Assembly (NCBI GenBank): GCA_964409615.1
Contig: CAYPDT010000001.1
Location: 78,629-142,628, forward strand
Direction of reading: 5' to 3'
DNA: 64,000 nt
Source of the DNA: an uncultured Candidatus Saccharibacteria bacterium
Lineage (GTDB): Bacteria; Patescibacteriota; Saccharimonadia; Saccharimonadales; AWTP1-31
Shown: in pieces, positions 17,867-26,352 of the stretch
Numbering within the stretch: the first letter of the stretch is position 1
How the letters are laid out: each line of letters begins with the position of its first letter
Program-made: the position numbers and the translations under genes
The notes under the pieces: model-generated
Told to the model about the DNA's origin: nothing
Seen by the model: the letters and a program-made list of their open reading frames with translations, nothing else
Database searches by the model: none

Positions 17867-19426
17867 ATGGCACAAACAAAAAGAACTGCAAAGCGCCCGA
17901 CCGGAAGTAAGTCTAAAAGCACGCCCAACCCAATTTTGAAACAATTCACTAATCTGACTATGCGGAGCAAAGTCCTCGTTGGAGCTCTGCTGTTTGCATT
18001 AGTGGGCGGCGCTGTTGTAGCCTTTTCTAGTGCGGCAGATCCTAATACTGTGTCGGTGGACATTATTAAGACGCAGTATGCTTATCCGTCTAATGCTCTC
18101 TTTGTGTCTCCTGGCGGCAATGACTGTACTACTACTTCTTGCGGTACGCAGAATGCGCCGTATAAGACACTTAAATTCGCTGTCTCTAAGGCGGTTTCTG
18201 GTAATACCATTGTGATGCGTGAGGGAATTTACCGTGAAGCTCTTGGGAGCATGACCAAATCCCTGATGATACAGGCATATCCTAATGAAAAGGTCTGGCT
18301 GGATGGCTCAGATGTCATTCCACAAAATGAATGGATTCAAGATGGAACCAGCTGGCGCAAGGATAACTGGGTCGCAGCTAACGCAATGTGTCCTAAGAAG
18401 ACGACGCCAGAAGATCCAAGTAATCCAGATAATGTCGTTAATTATAGCTGTTACACCACTGACCCACAGGGCTCTAAATGGCTAGTCAATGCGGCAAATC
18501 CTGCATCTTTCTTGCCTGACATGTTCTTTGTAGACGGCATACAACTTAAGCAAGTGCTCACGCGTAACGAAGTTAAAGCTGGGACATTCTATATTAACCG
18601 AAATACTTCGCAGGTCTTTATCGGGGACAACCCAAGTGGTAAGCAGGTAGAAGGTTCAACAAGACAGCAGGCTATACAGTATTACAAAGCGGGCACTGCA
18701 GGTAGCAAGCTCCGCGGTATTGGTGTCCGTAAGTTTGCTTCTAAGATTGTCTTTACCTCTCAGCCAGGGCAGATTGAAGTGAGCAATGGCGCTAAAGGCA
18801 TTGAATTCGATAACATGGTCTTTACGCAGTCTGCCGCCAATGGATTGTTTGTAACTGGCTCAGCAGCAGATAAATCAACAGGGCTGGTGGTACGGAATAG
18901 TATCTTTGCAAACAATGGTACTTCTGGTTTGTCAGGCAACCAAGTCGACTCCATGACCGTCGAGAACAATATCTTCTATAACAACAATACCGAAAAAGCT
19001 GAGTGGGAGGGGGATTACGGATCCTTTGCCGGTTCTAAGATGGCTGTTATGACTAATTCAACAGTCAAGAACAACTTATTCCAGGGTAACTACGGTTCAG
19101 GCTTCTGGTGCGACTTAAGCTGCCAGAATAATGCTATCATCGGCAATATGTCACGAGATAACCTGGTCAATGGCATATACTACGAGATCAGCTTTGATGG
19201 CATCATTGCCTCTAACGTTACCTACGGCAATGGTGCGGCAGGACTTAAGGCCATAAAACAACATAATGAATGGCGAGGCTACAGAAGATACTGCCAGAGC
19301 GATGAACGAGACAATCCGCGAGTAAGCTTCGCTGAAAAGCAGGATGGTTGCTGGCTTGAATCGCTTCATAAACCAGTTGCTTGTCTTGAAGCCAATAGTG
19401 CTCCAAATATAGTTAGCAGACAATAA
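17867..19426 (+). CDS. Secreted or anchored right-handed parallel beta-helix repeat protein, probably 3'-truncated near 19250
   Basis: N-terminal TM (VLVGALLFALVGGAVVAF). Beta-helix repeats NSIFANNGTSG, NNIFYNNN, NNLFQGNYGSGFWCD, IIGNMSRDNLVNGIYYE. The last roughly 56 codons are antisense to hydrophobic MFS helices and look non-native. Confidence 0.6.
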   Translation: MAQTKRTAKRPTGSKSKSTPNPILKQFTNLTMRSKVLVGALLFALVGGAVVAFSSAADPNTVSVDIIKTQYAYPSNALFVSPGGNDCTTTSCGTQNAPYKTLKFAVSKAVSGNTIVMREGIYREALGSMTKSLMIQAYPNEKVWLDGSDVIPQNEWIQDGTSWRKDNWVAANAMCPKKTTPEDPSNPDNVVNYSCYTTDPQGSKWLVNAANPASFLPDMFFVDGIQLKQVLTRNEVKAGTFYINRNTSQVFIGDNPSGKQVEGSTRQQAIQYYKAGTAGSKLRGIGVRKFASKIVFTSQPGQIEVSNGAKGIEFDNMVFTQSAANGLFVTGSAADKSTGLVVRNSIFANNGTSGLSGNQVDSMTVENNIFYNNNTEKAEWEGDYGSFAGSKMAVMTNSTVKNNLFQGNYGSGFWCDLSCQNNAIIGNMSRDNLVNGIYYEISFDGIIASNVTYGNGAAGLKAIKQHNEWRGYRRYCQSDERDNPRVSFAEKQDGCWLESLHKPVACLEANSAPNIVSRQ

Positions 19427-20167
19427 GCTACCCACGTATGACAACGGAACATATTGTCGGTAATATGCTGGCATCATGTTCCATGCTGCGCCACCCACGC
19501 CACCACCTAAGATCGAAGCAAAACTCATCATCCGCAGGTGTGAGTTAGCTCGATAGTAGCGGAACGTATCACCGAGATGACTCAAGAAAGTTCCCGTTAC
19601 GGGTGTTGTTCGTGGCGGCTCAATGAGCGTGAAACTAGTGAGCACAGCCAACACTTGGGGCACAACAGAGATCCATAATACCCAGGTGTAGGATATGGCT
19701 GCGAAGATTGTCCCAGCAATAGCTGAAATGATCCCACCTACTTCTAGCGCAATATTGATCTTACTGTAATAGCGGTGAAATTCGTCTCGTTCCCCCGCGT
19801 GTCTGGCCGAATCGTACATGAGAGCATTGTTGGTTCCACTGAACAGCGCGAAACTGAGTCCCTGTAGTACTGCACCTACAAGCAACAAAGCGTAGGCAGG
19901 AGCGAGTGCATAGATGACAAGTCCGGCAAGACTTGCTACTGCGCCAATTCGCATACTAATTACTCTTCCAATCCGATCAGACATAATACCCGTTGGTATC
20001 TCTAGTACCGCTTGGGTAATCTGTACTGTTGCCCATACAGTCGCTCCGAGTGTAAAGGAATGCAAAATATGGGCAAAATATAGCACTAACACTACATAGT
20101 AGGGTTGTACGTTGGATAGGAACGTGAAGCGGAACAACGCCCGCATGTTGTGTTGCAATAGATTCAT
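19151..20167 (-). CDS. MFS transporter, probably 3'-truncated (about 10 of 12 TMs) near 19260
   Basis: 338 aa. About 10 TMs by my count, with the loop motif GIMSDRIGR. The tail KSCRTIAVGNVRGNDAIKADLVVYAIDQVIS is antisense to beta-helix coding sequence. Start overlaps the ABC-F stop by 4 nt. Confidence 0.65.
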   Translation of the reverse strand: MNLLQHNMRALFRFTFLSNVQPYYVVLVLYFAHILHSFTLGATVWATVQITQAVLEIPTGIMSDRIGRVISMRIGAVASLAGLVIYALAPAYALLLVGAVLQGLSFALFSGTNNALMYDSARHAGERDEFHRYYSKINIALEVGGIISAIAGTIFAAISYTWVLWISVVPQVLAVLTSFTLIEPPRTTPVTGTFLSHLGDTFRYYRANSHLRMMSFASILGGGVGGAAWNMMPAYYRQYVPLSYVGSLLSANYIWSTIGFKTSNWFMKRFKPATILLFSEAYSRIVSFIALAVSSVASPFIMLFYGLKSCRTIAVGNVRGNDAIKADLVVYAIDQVIS

Positions 20168-21627
20168 AGATGCAGCTCCTTAGTTGGCTGTAATGTCTCA
20201 GCAAAGTATGTATCGTGCGAAGCAAATAGTACTGCTCCTTGGTAGCGTTGCAGTGCCTCCTCAATGTGTTCGCGTGTTGGTAAGTCAAGGTGGTTTGTCG
20301 GTTCGTCCAAGATCAGTAAGTGATGCGAGGCGAGCAACAGCTTAGCAAAGCCAATCTTGGCTTGCTGGCCTCGTGATAGCTCCTCAACTGGTTTGGTGAG
20401 GTCATCTTTGGTAAGCCCCAAACTCCGTGCTTCTCGGAAAATGTCAGTCATATGAGCACCAGTGTGTTGTAAGTTAACAAGGCCAGATTGGTGGTGATCG
20501 AGCCCATCAACATCCTGGCTAAAATAGCCAACACTAACATTAGTGCCTATGTCTACTTGTCCGCTATCTGGTTGCAATCGTCCGGCAACAATACTCAGTA
20601 AGGTTGTTTTACCAGCTCCATTCGGCCCTTGTACATGGATGCGTTCGTTACCTCGGATCTCTAGATTGATTGAACGCAGACCAGATGCACCGTAGCGTTT
20701 TGTGACTTCAATTGCACGCAACACTAGCTTATCGCCATTAACCTGACCACCGAGTTTGATACCGTAGCTCTTAGCAAACTCTGGGCGTTCTACATCTTCC
20801 ATTTGATCGAGTCGTTTCTCTAACTGCTTGGCTTGTTGACCAAACTTATTGGTAACTCGATTCTTAAAGAAGTCACGTTGAGCCGTATCATGGTCATGTC
20901 GCGGCTTCATATGGCTATGGGTATGACTACCTTTTTCGCGTTGCTCACGCAGAGCAGCCGTTAGTCGGTTGCGTTCATCGATATTCTCTTGGTAGCGTGC
21001 CAATTCGCTTGCACGCTCTAGCTCCTTTTGCTGCTTATAGAAATCGTAGTTACCGCCATATTGCTTGAGGCTACCGTTATGCAGCTCTAACGTTTTAGTG
21101 GCTACCTGGTTAATGAACGCTCGGTCGTGACTAACCAACAATATTGCGCCATCAAAAGACGTAATGAAGCTACGCAGCCATTTAAGACCATCAGCATCGA
21201 GATTGTTAGTTGGTTCGTCTAGCAGTAACAACGAAGGCGTGGGATCTTGAGCCAGCACCACGGCAAAGCTAACCCGAGTCTTTTGGCCGCCACTCAAGGT
21301 TTTGACAGGTGCATCAAGATCTTTGTCTAAATCTACCTGCGACAAGGCGTACTGAATATGCCACGTCTCATGAGTAGCCGAAAAACTTTCTCGAATTGTT
21401 TTCCCTAAGGTCGCCTGTTGCGGAACATACCCGACCACGCCACGAAGTTGCACAGTACCACCATCTGGCTTAACTGTGCCGGTCAAGATCTGCAGTAAGG
21501 TAGTTTTGCCCGCACCGTTAGCACCGATTAAAGCAACTACCTCGTGGGCGTTAATGGCTAAACTGATATCATCTAGAACAGACAATCCGGAATATGATTT
21601 ACTGATATGGCGTAAGCTAAATGCCAT
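20164..21627 (-). CDS. ABC-F family ATPase (two ABC domains, no TMD), ARE/ribosome-protection-like size and linker
   Basis: 487 aa. Walker A GANGAGKTT and GPNGAGKTT. Signatures LSGGQKTRV and LSRGQQAKI. Walker B LLLLDEPTNNLD and LILDEPTNHLD. Long charged inter-domain linker. Confidence 0.9.
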   Translation of the reverse strand: MAFSLRHISKSYSGLSVLDDISLAINAHEVVALIGANGAGKTTLLQILTGTVKPDGGTVQLRGVVGYVPQQATLGKTIRESFSATHETWHIQYALSQVDLDKDLDAPVKTLSGGQKTRVSFAVVLAQDPTPSLLLLDEPTNNLDADGLKWLRSFITSFDGAILLVSHDRAFINQVATKTLELHNGSLKQYGGNYDFYKQQKELERASELARYQENIDERNRLTAALREQREKGSHTHSHMKPRHDHDTAQRDFFKNRVTNKFGQQAKQLEKRLDQMEDVERPEFAKSYGIKLGGQVNGDKLVLRAIEVTKRYGASGLRSINLEIRGNERIHVQGPNGAGKTTLLSIVAGRLQPDSGQVDIGTNVSVGYFSQDVDGLDHHQSGLVNLQHTGAHMTDIFREARSLGLTKDDLTKPVEELSRGQQAKIGFAKLLLASHHLLILDEPTNHLDLPTREHIEEALQRYQGAVLFASHDTYFAETLQPTKELHL

Positions 21628-21645
21628 GTTTTACTCCAATCAAAA

Positions 21646-21686
21646 AACCGAGCGATTATGCAGATATGCCACACATGCGCTCGGTT
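21646..21686 (-). terminator. Terminator/attenuator hairpin 20 nt upstream of the ABC-F start codon
   Basis: Minus strand: AACCGAGCG, 23-nt loop, CGCTCGGTT, then TTTTTG, then GGAG RBS and ATG. The loop contains the mini-ORF ATG TGT GGC ATA TCT GCA TAA (21676-21656). Confidence 0.5.
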
Positions 21687-21856
21687 TCTTTAGAAGTTAG
21701 GTTGAAAAATCAATCAATAGCAAAGCTACGCGTTCATGCGTGACATCTTAGCTGTTGATTAAATCTATCATTGGATATGTTCTTCCTTTACGTTTCAAGC
21801 ATATTAACATAACCGTTGTCATGTGTCAACTTTATGTAATTGCGCGCAAGGTTCTC

Positions 21857-22645
21857 TCAATCATAGCTTACAAATTCCAACGGCAACCCGTGATACACCA
21901 ACTCCTCATCCCAATCTACCTCAATCGGCCGCAACCAGATATTTTTCTCGCCACTCAGCAAGCGTTCTTCAGTTGTGGTGTAGAGTTCTGAATCCCACAT
22001 AAGGTCGGTTGACATCTTAATAATGCGTTTCTCGGTATTGTCGTTGCCAGCTACTAATAATAGGTATGGGTAGCGGTAGTCTACCTCGTCGGAGTAATCG
22101 ATATGCTGGTTTATGCGCTTTCGGATAATCCAGCTTTGTTCACCAGCAGGGATATATTCTACGAAGAGTTCTGGGGCATCTTCGTCGTCCGGTGACAGCA
22201 ATAGCCAAGGTATAGGGTTGATGTATGTTTCCGGGTCAAGTTGGTACTTGGTGTAGGTGCGGAACATTTTTGGGTAGTTGCGGTGTATATTCAGACTAAA
22301 CTTCGGATAGCGGTAGTATTCGTCTATCTGGTGTTCAGTAAAGTCCTTGTTTTTGTAGTGGATCTGGGTACGGGGGATATCTCGTGATTTTAGGTAGCGT
22401 ATGCCAGCAGGTGCTAAGTAATAGGTAGCTGGTCGTCTATCTATCCTGTAAGTGCCCTCGTATTTCTTCGCAACGTATCCTTGATCTACTAGTACTGCTA
22501 ATCTTTCGTATATTGTTGATCTGTCTTTCTTTAATAGTTCAGCTAGTAAGTCAGTTGTTAGGAATCGGTATTTTAGTAATGCTAGTAATATTGCAGTTTG
22601 TGAAGGACTAATTTTGTATCTTGCTCTTGTCTCCGCCCGTCTCAT
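21857..22645 (-). CDS. Replication-relaxation-family-like winged-helix protein (element A)
   Basis: 262 aa. N-terminal wHTH pattern SPSQTAILLALLKYRFLTTDLLAELL...TIYERLAVLVDQGYVAKK...YYLAPAGIRYL. Paralog of 33446..34213. Confidence 0.55.
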   Translation of the reverse strand: MRRAETRARYKISPSQTAILLALLKYRFLTTDLLAELLKKDRSTIYERLAVLVDQGYVAKKYEGTYRIDRRPATYYLAPAGIRYLKSRDIPRTQIHYKNKDFTEHQIDEYYRYPKFSLNIHRNYPKMFRTYTKYQLDPETYINPIPWLLLSPDDEDAPELFVEYIPAGEQSWIIRKRINQHIDYSDEVDYRYPYLLLVAGNDNTEKRIIKMSTDLMWDSELYTTTEERLLSGEKNIWLRPIEVDWDEELVYHGLPLEFVSYD

Positions 22646-22775
22646 GGTTTCTTCTCCTATATGTATATATAAAAGAGGAGAAGTTGAAAGTAAAGGTATA
22701 ACAGGTTAAAGTCATTTGTAAATTACCCTGTGCCTTAGTGGGGATTTTGAACAGCAGTTCTAGACAATAATAGTC

Positions 22776-22805
22776 TTGCAACTATTCATATTTGGGTGCT
22801 ATACT
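22776..22805 (+). promoter_or_regulatory. Candidate promoter for the small-ORF/recombinase A operon
   Basis: TTGCAA (22776-22781), 18-nt spacer, extended -10 TGCTATACT (22797-22805), about 35 nt upstream of the ATG at 22840. Confidence 0.4.
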
Positions 22806-22839
22806 ATCCATATAAAGCATAGTGCTAGAGGGTAGTAAT

Positions 22840-22980
22840 ATGGGTAGAACTAAGGGCGCAACCAACAAAGAAATACCGCTTCCAGAAGTCTATACATTAT
22901 CGCCGGAGCAACGCTTGCACGTTATAGCTGACTTGCTGATCGAACTCATATGCGAGGAAGAGGTATGCAGCCAGGAGTAG
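22840..22980 (+). CDS. Small element protein (46 aa, MGRTKGATNK...), homolog of 32505..32699
   Basis: Manually translated: MGRTKGATNKEIPLPEVYTLSPEQRLHVIADLLIELICEEEVCSQE. Aligns with MARTKGSKNKQTTALSEFVYMPSEERLKLIANLVIDRVIEDQ in element B. Overlaps the recombinase start in both elements. Not in the ORF track. Confidence 0.45.
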   Translation: MGRTKGATNKEIPLPEVYTLSPEQRLHVIADLLIELICEEEVCSQE

Positions 22981-24698
22981 AACGGCGTAACGCTGTCATA
23001 GCTATTCGGGTATCGTCCGATAAGCAGTTTCAGGAAGGCGATTCCCCAGAAGCACAACGTGAACAGCTCCAGCAACTTGCGGACAACCTGAATGCACAAG
23101 TGGCCAAGGTCTTTATATTTGCTGAATCTGGTGCAAAACTTCATCAGCCAATGCAGGAGGCAATCGATTACTGCGCCGACAGACGCAACAACATTCAGCT
23201 ATTCCTTATTAAGTCGATTGATCGGTTTACTCGTGGCGGTGCTGACTTTTACGCTCCTTTGAAACGCCAGCTTGATGCTATCGATGTACAGCTAGTAGAT
23301 AAATACGGCGTAATTAGTCAGAACCGAGTCAATACCTTAGAGCACTTGGGTGTGGAGTATAGCTGGAGTAAATATTCACCAAGTCAGAAGATTGAGTACT
23401 TAGAAGCCGAACGTGCCAAAGATGAACTACGTGACATATTAACCCGCACTGTCGGTGCATCGGTACGCTATACACGACTGGGTTACTGGATGCGACAACC
23501 GCCTTACGGTTTTGTGAGCGAGAAGACCGAAACCCGCAATGGCAAGCGTGCCATCTTAAAGCCCCAGCCTACTGAAGCTCCACTTATTAAACGGATGTTT
23601 GAAATGCGTGCCACAGGAACAATGCACGACAAAGACATTATTGCTGAGCTCAATCGCATGGGTTTTCGCACCAGAACGCACTATATACGAGACAAACAAG
23701 ACCGCTCAAAGATTATTAGTAGACGAGGTGGCAATCCACTCGATAAAGATGCTATGGACTTATTCCTACGTAATCCGATTTATGCTGGGGTTAATAACGA
23801 AAAGTGGACACAGGGCACACCAGTACGCACCGTGTTTGATGGGTTGGTGAGTATTGATACATTTAATGCTGCCAATCGGGGCAAAGTCATGATTATCGAG
23901 GACGGAAACGATATAGAGATTAAAAAGGAGGCAGCGCCAGAACACCAGCTCAACAAAGGAATTAAAAGCCCCGAGTTTGCCTATCGACGATTTATTGGTT
24001 GCTCGAAATGTGGCAGACCCATGTACGGTAGCTCCAATCGTGGACAAGGCGGTAAACTGTATCCGGCTTATCATTGCGACAAAGGACACTACTTCCGTAT
24101 TCCCAAAGCCGAGCTAGAGGCGACTGTTGTTGAGTTCGTAAAGAATATAGCCTTACCCCAAGAACAGATAGATCTAATAGCCAGCACCGTCATGGCTGAA
24201 TGGGATAAGCGCCTGGAGCACCTCGTAGCCGATCTAGCACGCTACGACACGCAGATTAAGGAACTGGAATTAGAGGCCGATATGGCCGTCAAAAAGCTTA
24301 AGATGGTCGAATCGGAAACAGCAATTAAATATATGGAGGCAGATCTTATGAACATCGAACAAAAGATACGTGAGCTACGAGCCGAGAAAGATAAGAAAAC
24401 GAGCGAGAAGCCGATAAACATGGAGCGAATCGTAGCGAGGGTTAAGTATTTTCTGGAACACCTCGATGAACTGCTCATAAAACAGATTGACCCGATCAAA
24501 AAAGCACAGTTCTTTGGGGTATTTTTCGATAAAATACCAACATACGCAGAATTAAAATCTGGAACTCAAAATGCGGCCAAATTAACAGAGGTCAGCAAGC
24601 TTTTTGAACTTGCCGACCTCAATTTACCTGGTTTGGTGGCTCCTCCCAGACTCGAACTGGGGACACAAGGCTCTTCAGGCCTCTGCTCTACCAACTGA
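22950..24698 (+). CDS. Large serine recombinase (element A)
   Basis: 582 aa. Catalytic region AVIAIRVSSDKQ...SIDRFTRGG, recombinase domain, Zn ribbon CSKCGRPMYG...YHCDKGHY, coiled coil. The last 21 codons (LVAPPRLELGTQGSSGLCSTN*) are the antisense of tRNA-Phe. Confidence 0.9.
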   Translation: MRGRGMQPGVERRNAVIAIRVSSDKQFQEGDSPEAQREQLQQLADNLNAQVAKVFIFAESGAKLHQPMQEAIDYCADRRNNIQLFLIKSIDRFTRGGADFYAPLKRQLDAIDVQLVDKYGVISQNRVNTLEHLGVEYSWSKYSPSQKIEYLEAERAKDELRDILTRTVGASVRYTRLGYWMRQPPYGFVSEKTETRNGKRAILKPQPTEAPLIKRMFEMRATGTMHDKDIIAELNRMGFRTRTHYIRDKQDRSKIISRRGGNPLDKDAMDLFLRNPIYAGVNNEKWTQGTPVRTVFDGLVSIDTFNAANRGKVMIIEDGNDIEIKKEAAPEHQLNKGIKSPEFAYRRFIGCSKCGRPMYGSSNRGQGGKLYPAYHCDKGHYFRIPKAELEATVVEFVKNIALPQEQIDLIASTVMAEWDKRLEHLVADLARYDTQIKELELEADMAVKKLKMVESETAIKYMEADLMNIEQKIRELRAEKDKKTSEKPINMERIVARVKYFLEHLDELLIKQIDPIKKAQFFGVFFDKIPTYAELKSGTQNAAKLTEVSKLFELADLNLPGLVAPPRLELGTQGSSGLCSTN

Positions 24699-24709
24699 GC
24701 TAAAGAGCC
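24634..24709 (-). tRNA. tRNA-Phe (anticodon GAA), CCA encoded
   Basis: Reverse complement folds as GGCUCUU-UA-GCUC-AGUUGGUA-GAGC-A-GAGGC-CUGAAGA-GCCUU-GUGUC-CCCAG-UUCGAGU-CUGGG-AGGAGCC-A-CCA (76 nt). Confidence 0.9.
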
Positions 24710-24785
24710 AGATTGTACTCGCGGACGAGCACAACTGCTGTTTGGTCAACGTGTCTAGGATACAGTATCAGGGGTAATTTTACAA

Positions 24786-25100
24786 TTACTTCTTCTTGAA
24801 TCGGCCAACATCGCGGGTGCTTAGTTTGCTAAGAACGCGCTCCATTGCTGGGTCTAGTTGTAAGCCCTGACTGTTTGCAATACAAATAGCTGCATGAATC
24901 ACATCTGCAAGTTCGTCTTCTAACAGTTCATGTTCTTCAGTAGGCTTTTTTGGCTTATCGCCATACTGGTGGTTCATAATGCGAGCAACTTCGCCAACCT
25001 CTTCTGTTAAGCGAGCCAAGATACTGAGCGGTTCCCAGTAAGGCTTTTCATATTGCTGTAGTTCATCATCAACACGTTTTTGGTAATCTGCTAACGACAT
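24786..25100 (-). CDS. MazG-like nucleotide pyrophosphohydrolase (small all-alpha NTP-PPase)
   Basis: 104 aa. LTEEVGEVARI...EELEDELADVIHAAICIANSQGLQL, the EExxE / ExxD metal-binding helices of the MazG family. Confidence 0.8.
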   Translation of the reverse strand: MSLADYQKRVDDELQQYEKPYWEPLSILARLTEEVGEVARIMNHQYGDKPKKPTEEHELLEDELADVIHAAICIANSQGLQLDPAMERVLSKLSTRDVGRFKKK

Positions 25101-25525
25101 AATTCAACAACTCCTATCTCATCGGGGTTAAAGTCGAGTCGCTTCATTTCATCGTGGTTAAAGTAACCGACTTCAGATGCTTCATCAGTAACGGTAAATT
25201 GGTCGCTGGCAAGTTGACCAGTGATAACAAGCTTGAGGGCGCGGTAATCGTATTTACTGTTTTTGCCATCCCAGAAACCTACTGGCGTGGCATCGATATG
25301 CTTGATATCCACGCCCAGCTCTTCTTGAATTTCTCGGCGGATACACTGCTCTACCGTTTCGCCGTAATCCCAACCACCCCCAGGCAAACACCAGCTACCG
25401 TCATCTTTGTTGCGCACCAACAGCGCACGGCCATCTGCATCGCGGACCATCAGCTTGATTGACACCCGGAAGAAAGAAGGCGGAATCACATACTGCTTGG
25501 TATCTATAGAGAAGCTATGGCTCAC
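25091..25525 (-). CDS. NUDIX hydrolase
   Basis: 144 aa. Complete Nudix box [24 protein letters not shown] (Gx5Ex7REUxEExGU). Confidence 0.85.
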   Translation of the reverse strand: MSHSFSIDTKQYVIPPSFFRVSIKLMVRDADGRALLVRNKDDGSWCLPGGGWDYGETVEQCIRREIQEELGVDIKHIDATPVGFWDGKNSKYDYRALKLVITGQLASDQFTVTDEASEVGYFNHDEMKRLDFNPDEIGVVELCR

Positions 25526-26280
25526 TTACCCAGCTCTTTAGCGACAAATTTCTTAACATCACTCATAGAATCCATCAGCTGAGCTGGGAAGATAATGGTA
25601 CTGTTCTTTTCTACGGCGATTTCGCTGAGCACCTGCAGGTTGCGCAGCTGTAATGCAATTGGGTTCTTAGCAATCTCGGCTGCAGCCTCACCAAGCTTGG
25701 CAGCGCTTTGAGCCTCACCTTCTGCAGCGATAATCTTAGCTCGCTTTTCACGTTCTGCTTCTGCCTGCTTGGCCATAGCGCGTTGCATAGATTCTGGAAG
25801 GCGGATGTCTTTGAGCTCGACAGTACTAATGTACACGCCCCATTTTTCGGTAGCGATATCTAAGATAGATTTAATTTTCTCGTTAATGACCTTGGTTTCA
25901 CTGAGCACTTCGTCGAGATTACTCTGGCCAACAATATTACGAATAGTAGTTTGGGCAATTTGGTAAGTGGCCGATACAACATTACTGATTTCTACTAATG
26001 ACTTGATGGAGTTGTTTACCTGATAGTAGGCAACGGCACCAACTTCGATAGAAACGTTATCTTTGGTAATAATTTGCTGACTGTCGACTGGTAGCGTAAT
26101 GATGCGCATATCCACCTTTTTCATGATGTCAATAAACGGAATGATTACCCGCAGTCCAGCTAGCTTTGGTGCTGAGCGCACTCGGCCAAGTCGGAATACT
26201 ACGCCTTGCTCATACTGATTGACCAATCGTAGGCCCATAATTACACCAACGGCCACTAGAATTAACAGAAAAATCCACAT
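25522..26280 (-). CDS. SPFH / band-7 (stomatin-like) membrane protein
   Basis: 252 aa. N-terminal TM, then [11 protein letters not shown]...ITKDNV...VAYYQV and the C-terminal [21 protein letters not shown] coiled coil typical of the stomatin/HflK/C family. Confidence 0.9.
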   Translation of the reverse strand: MWIFLLILVAVGVIMGLRLVNQYEQGVVFRLGRVRSAPKLAGLRVIIPFIDIMKKVDMRIITLPVDSQQIITKDNVSIEVGAVAYYQVNNSIKSLVEISNVVSATYQIAQTTIRNIVGQSNLDEVLSETKVINEKIKSILDIATEKWGVYISTVELKDIRLPESMQRAMAKQAEAEREKRAKIIAAEGEAQSAAKLGEAAAEIAKNPIALQLRNLQVLSEIAVEKNSTIIFPAQLMDSMSDVKKFVAKELGK

Positions 26281-26352
26281 TTCGCATCTCCTTTATATAT
26301 AGGTATCGTAGCACCAGACTCTCGAAAGCGAAACCATTTTTTGTTAGCTAGT

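Larger units (their letters stand above)
21691..24633. mobile_element. Mini integrative element A (about 2.9 kb), abutting the 3' end of tRNA-Phe; left boundary approximate
   Basis: Replication-relaxation-like wHTH gene, small MGRTKG protein and large serine recombinase. The recombinase ORF reads 65 nt into tRNA-Phe. Gene set is paralogous to element B. Confidence 0.55.
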
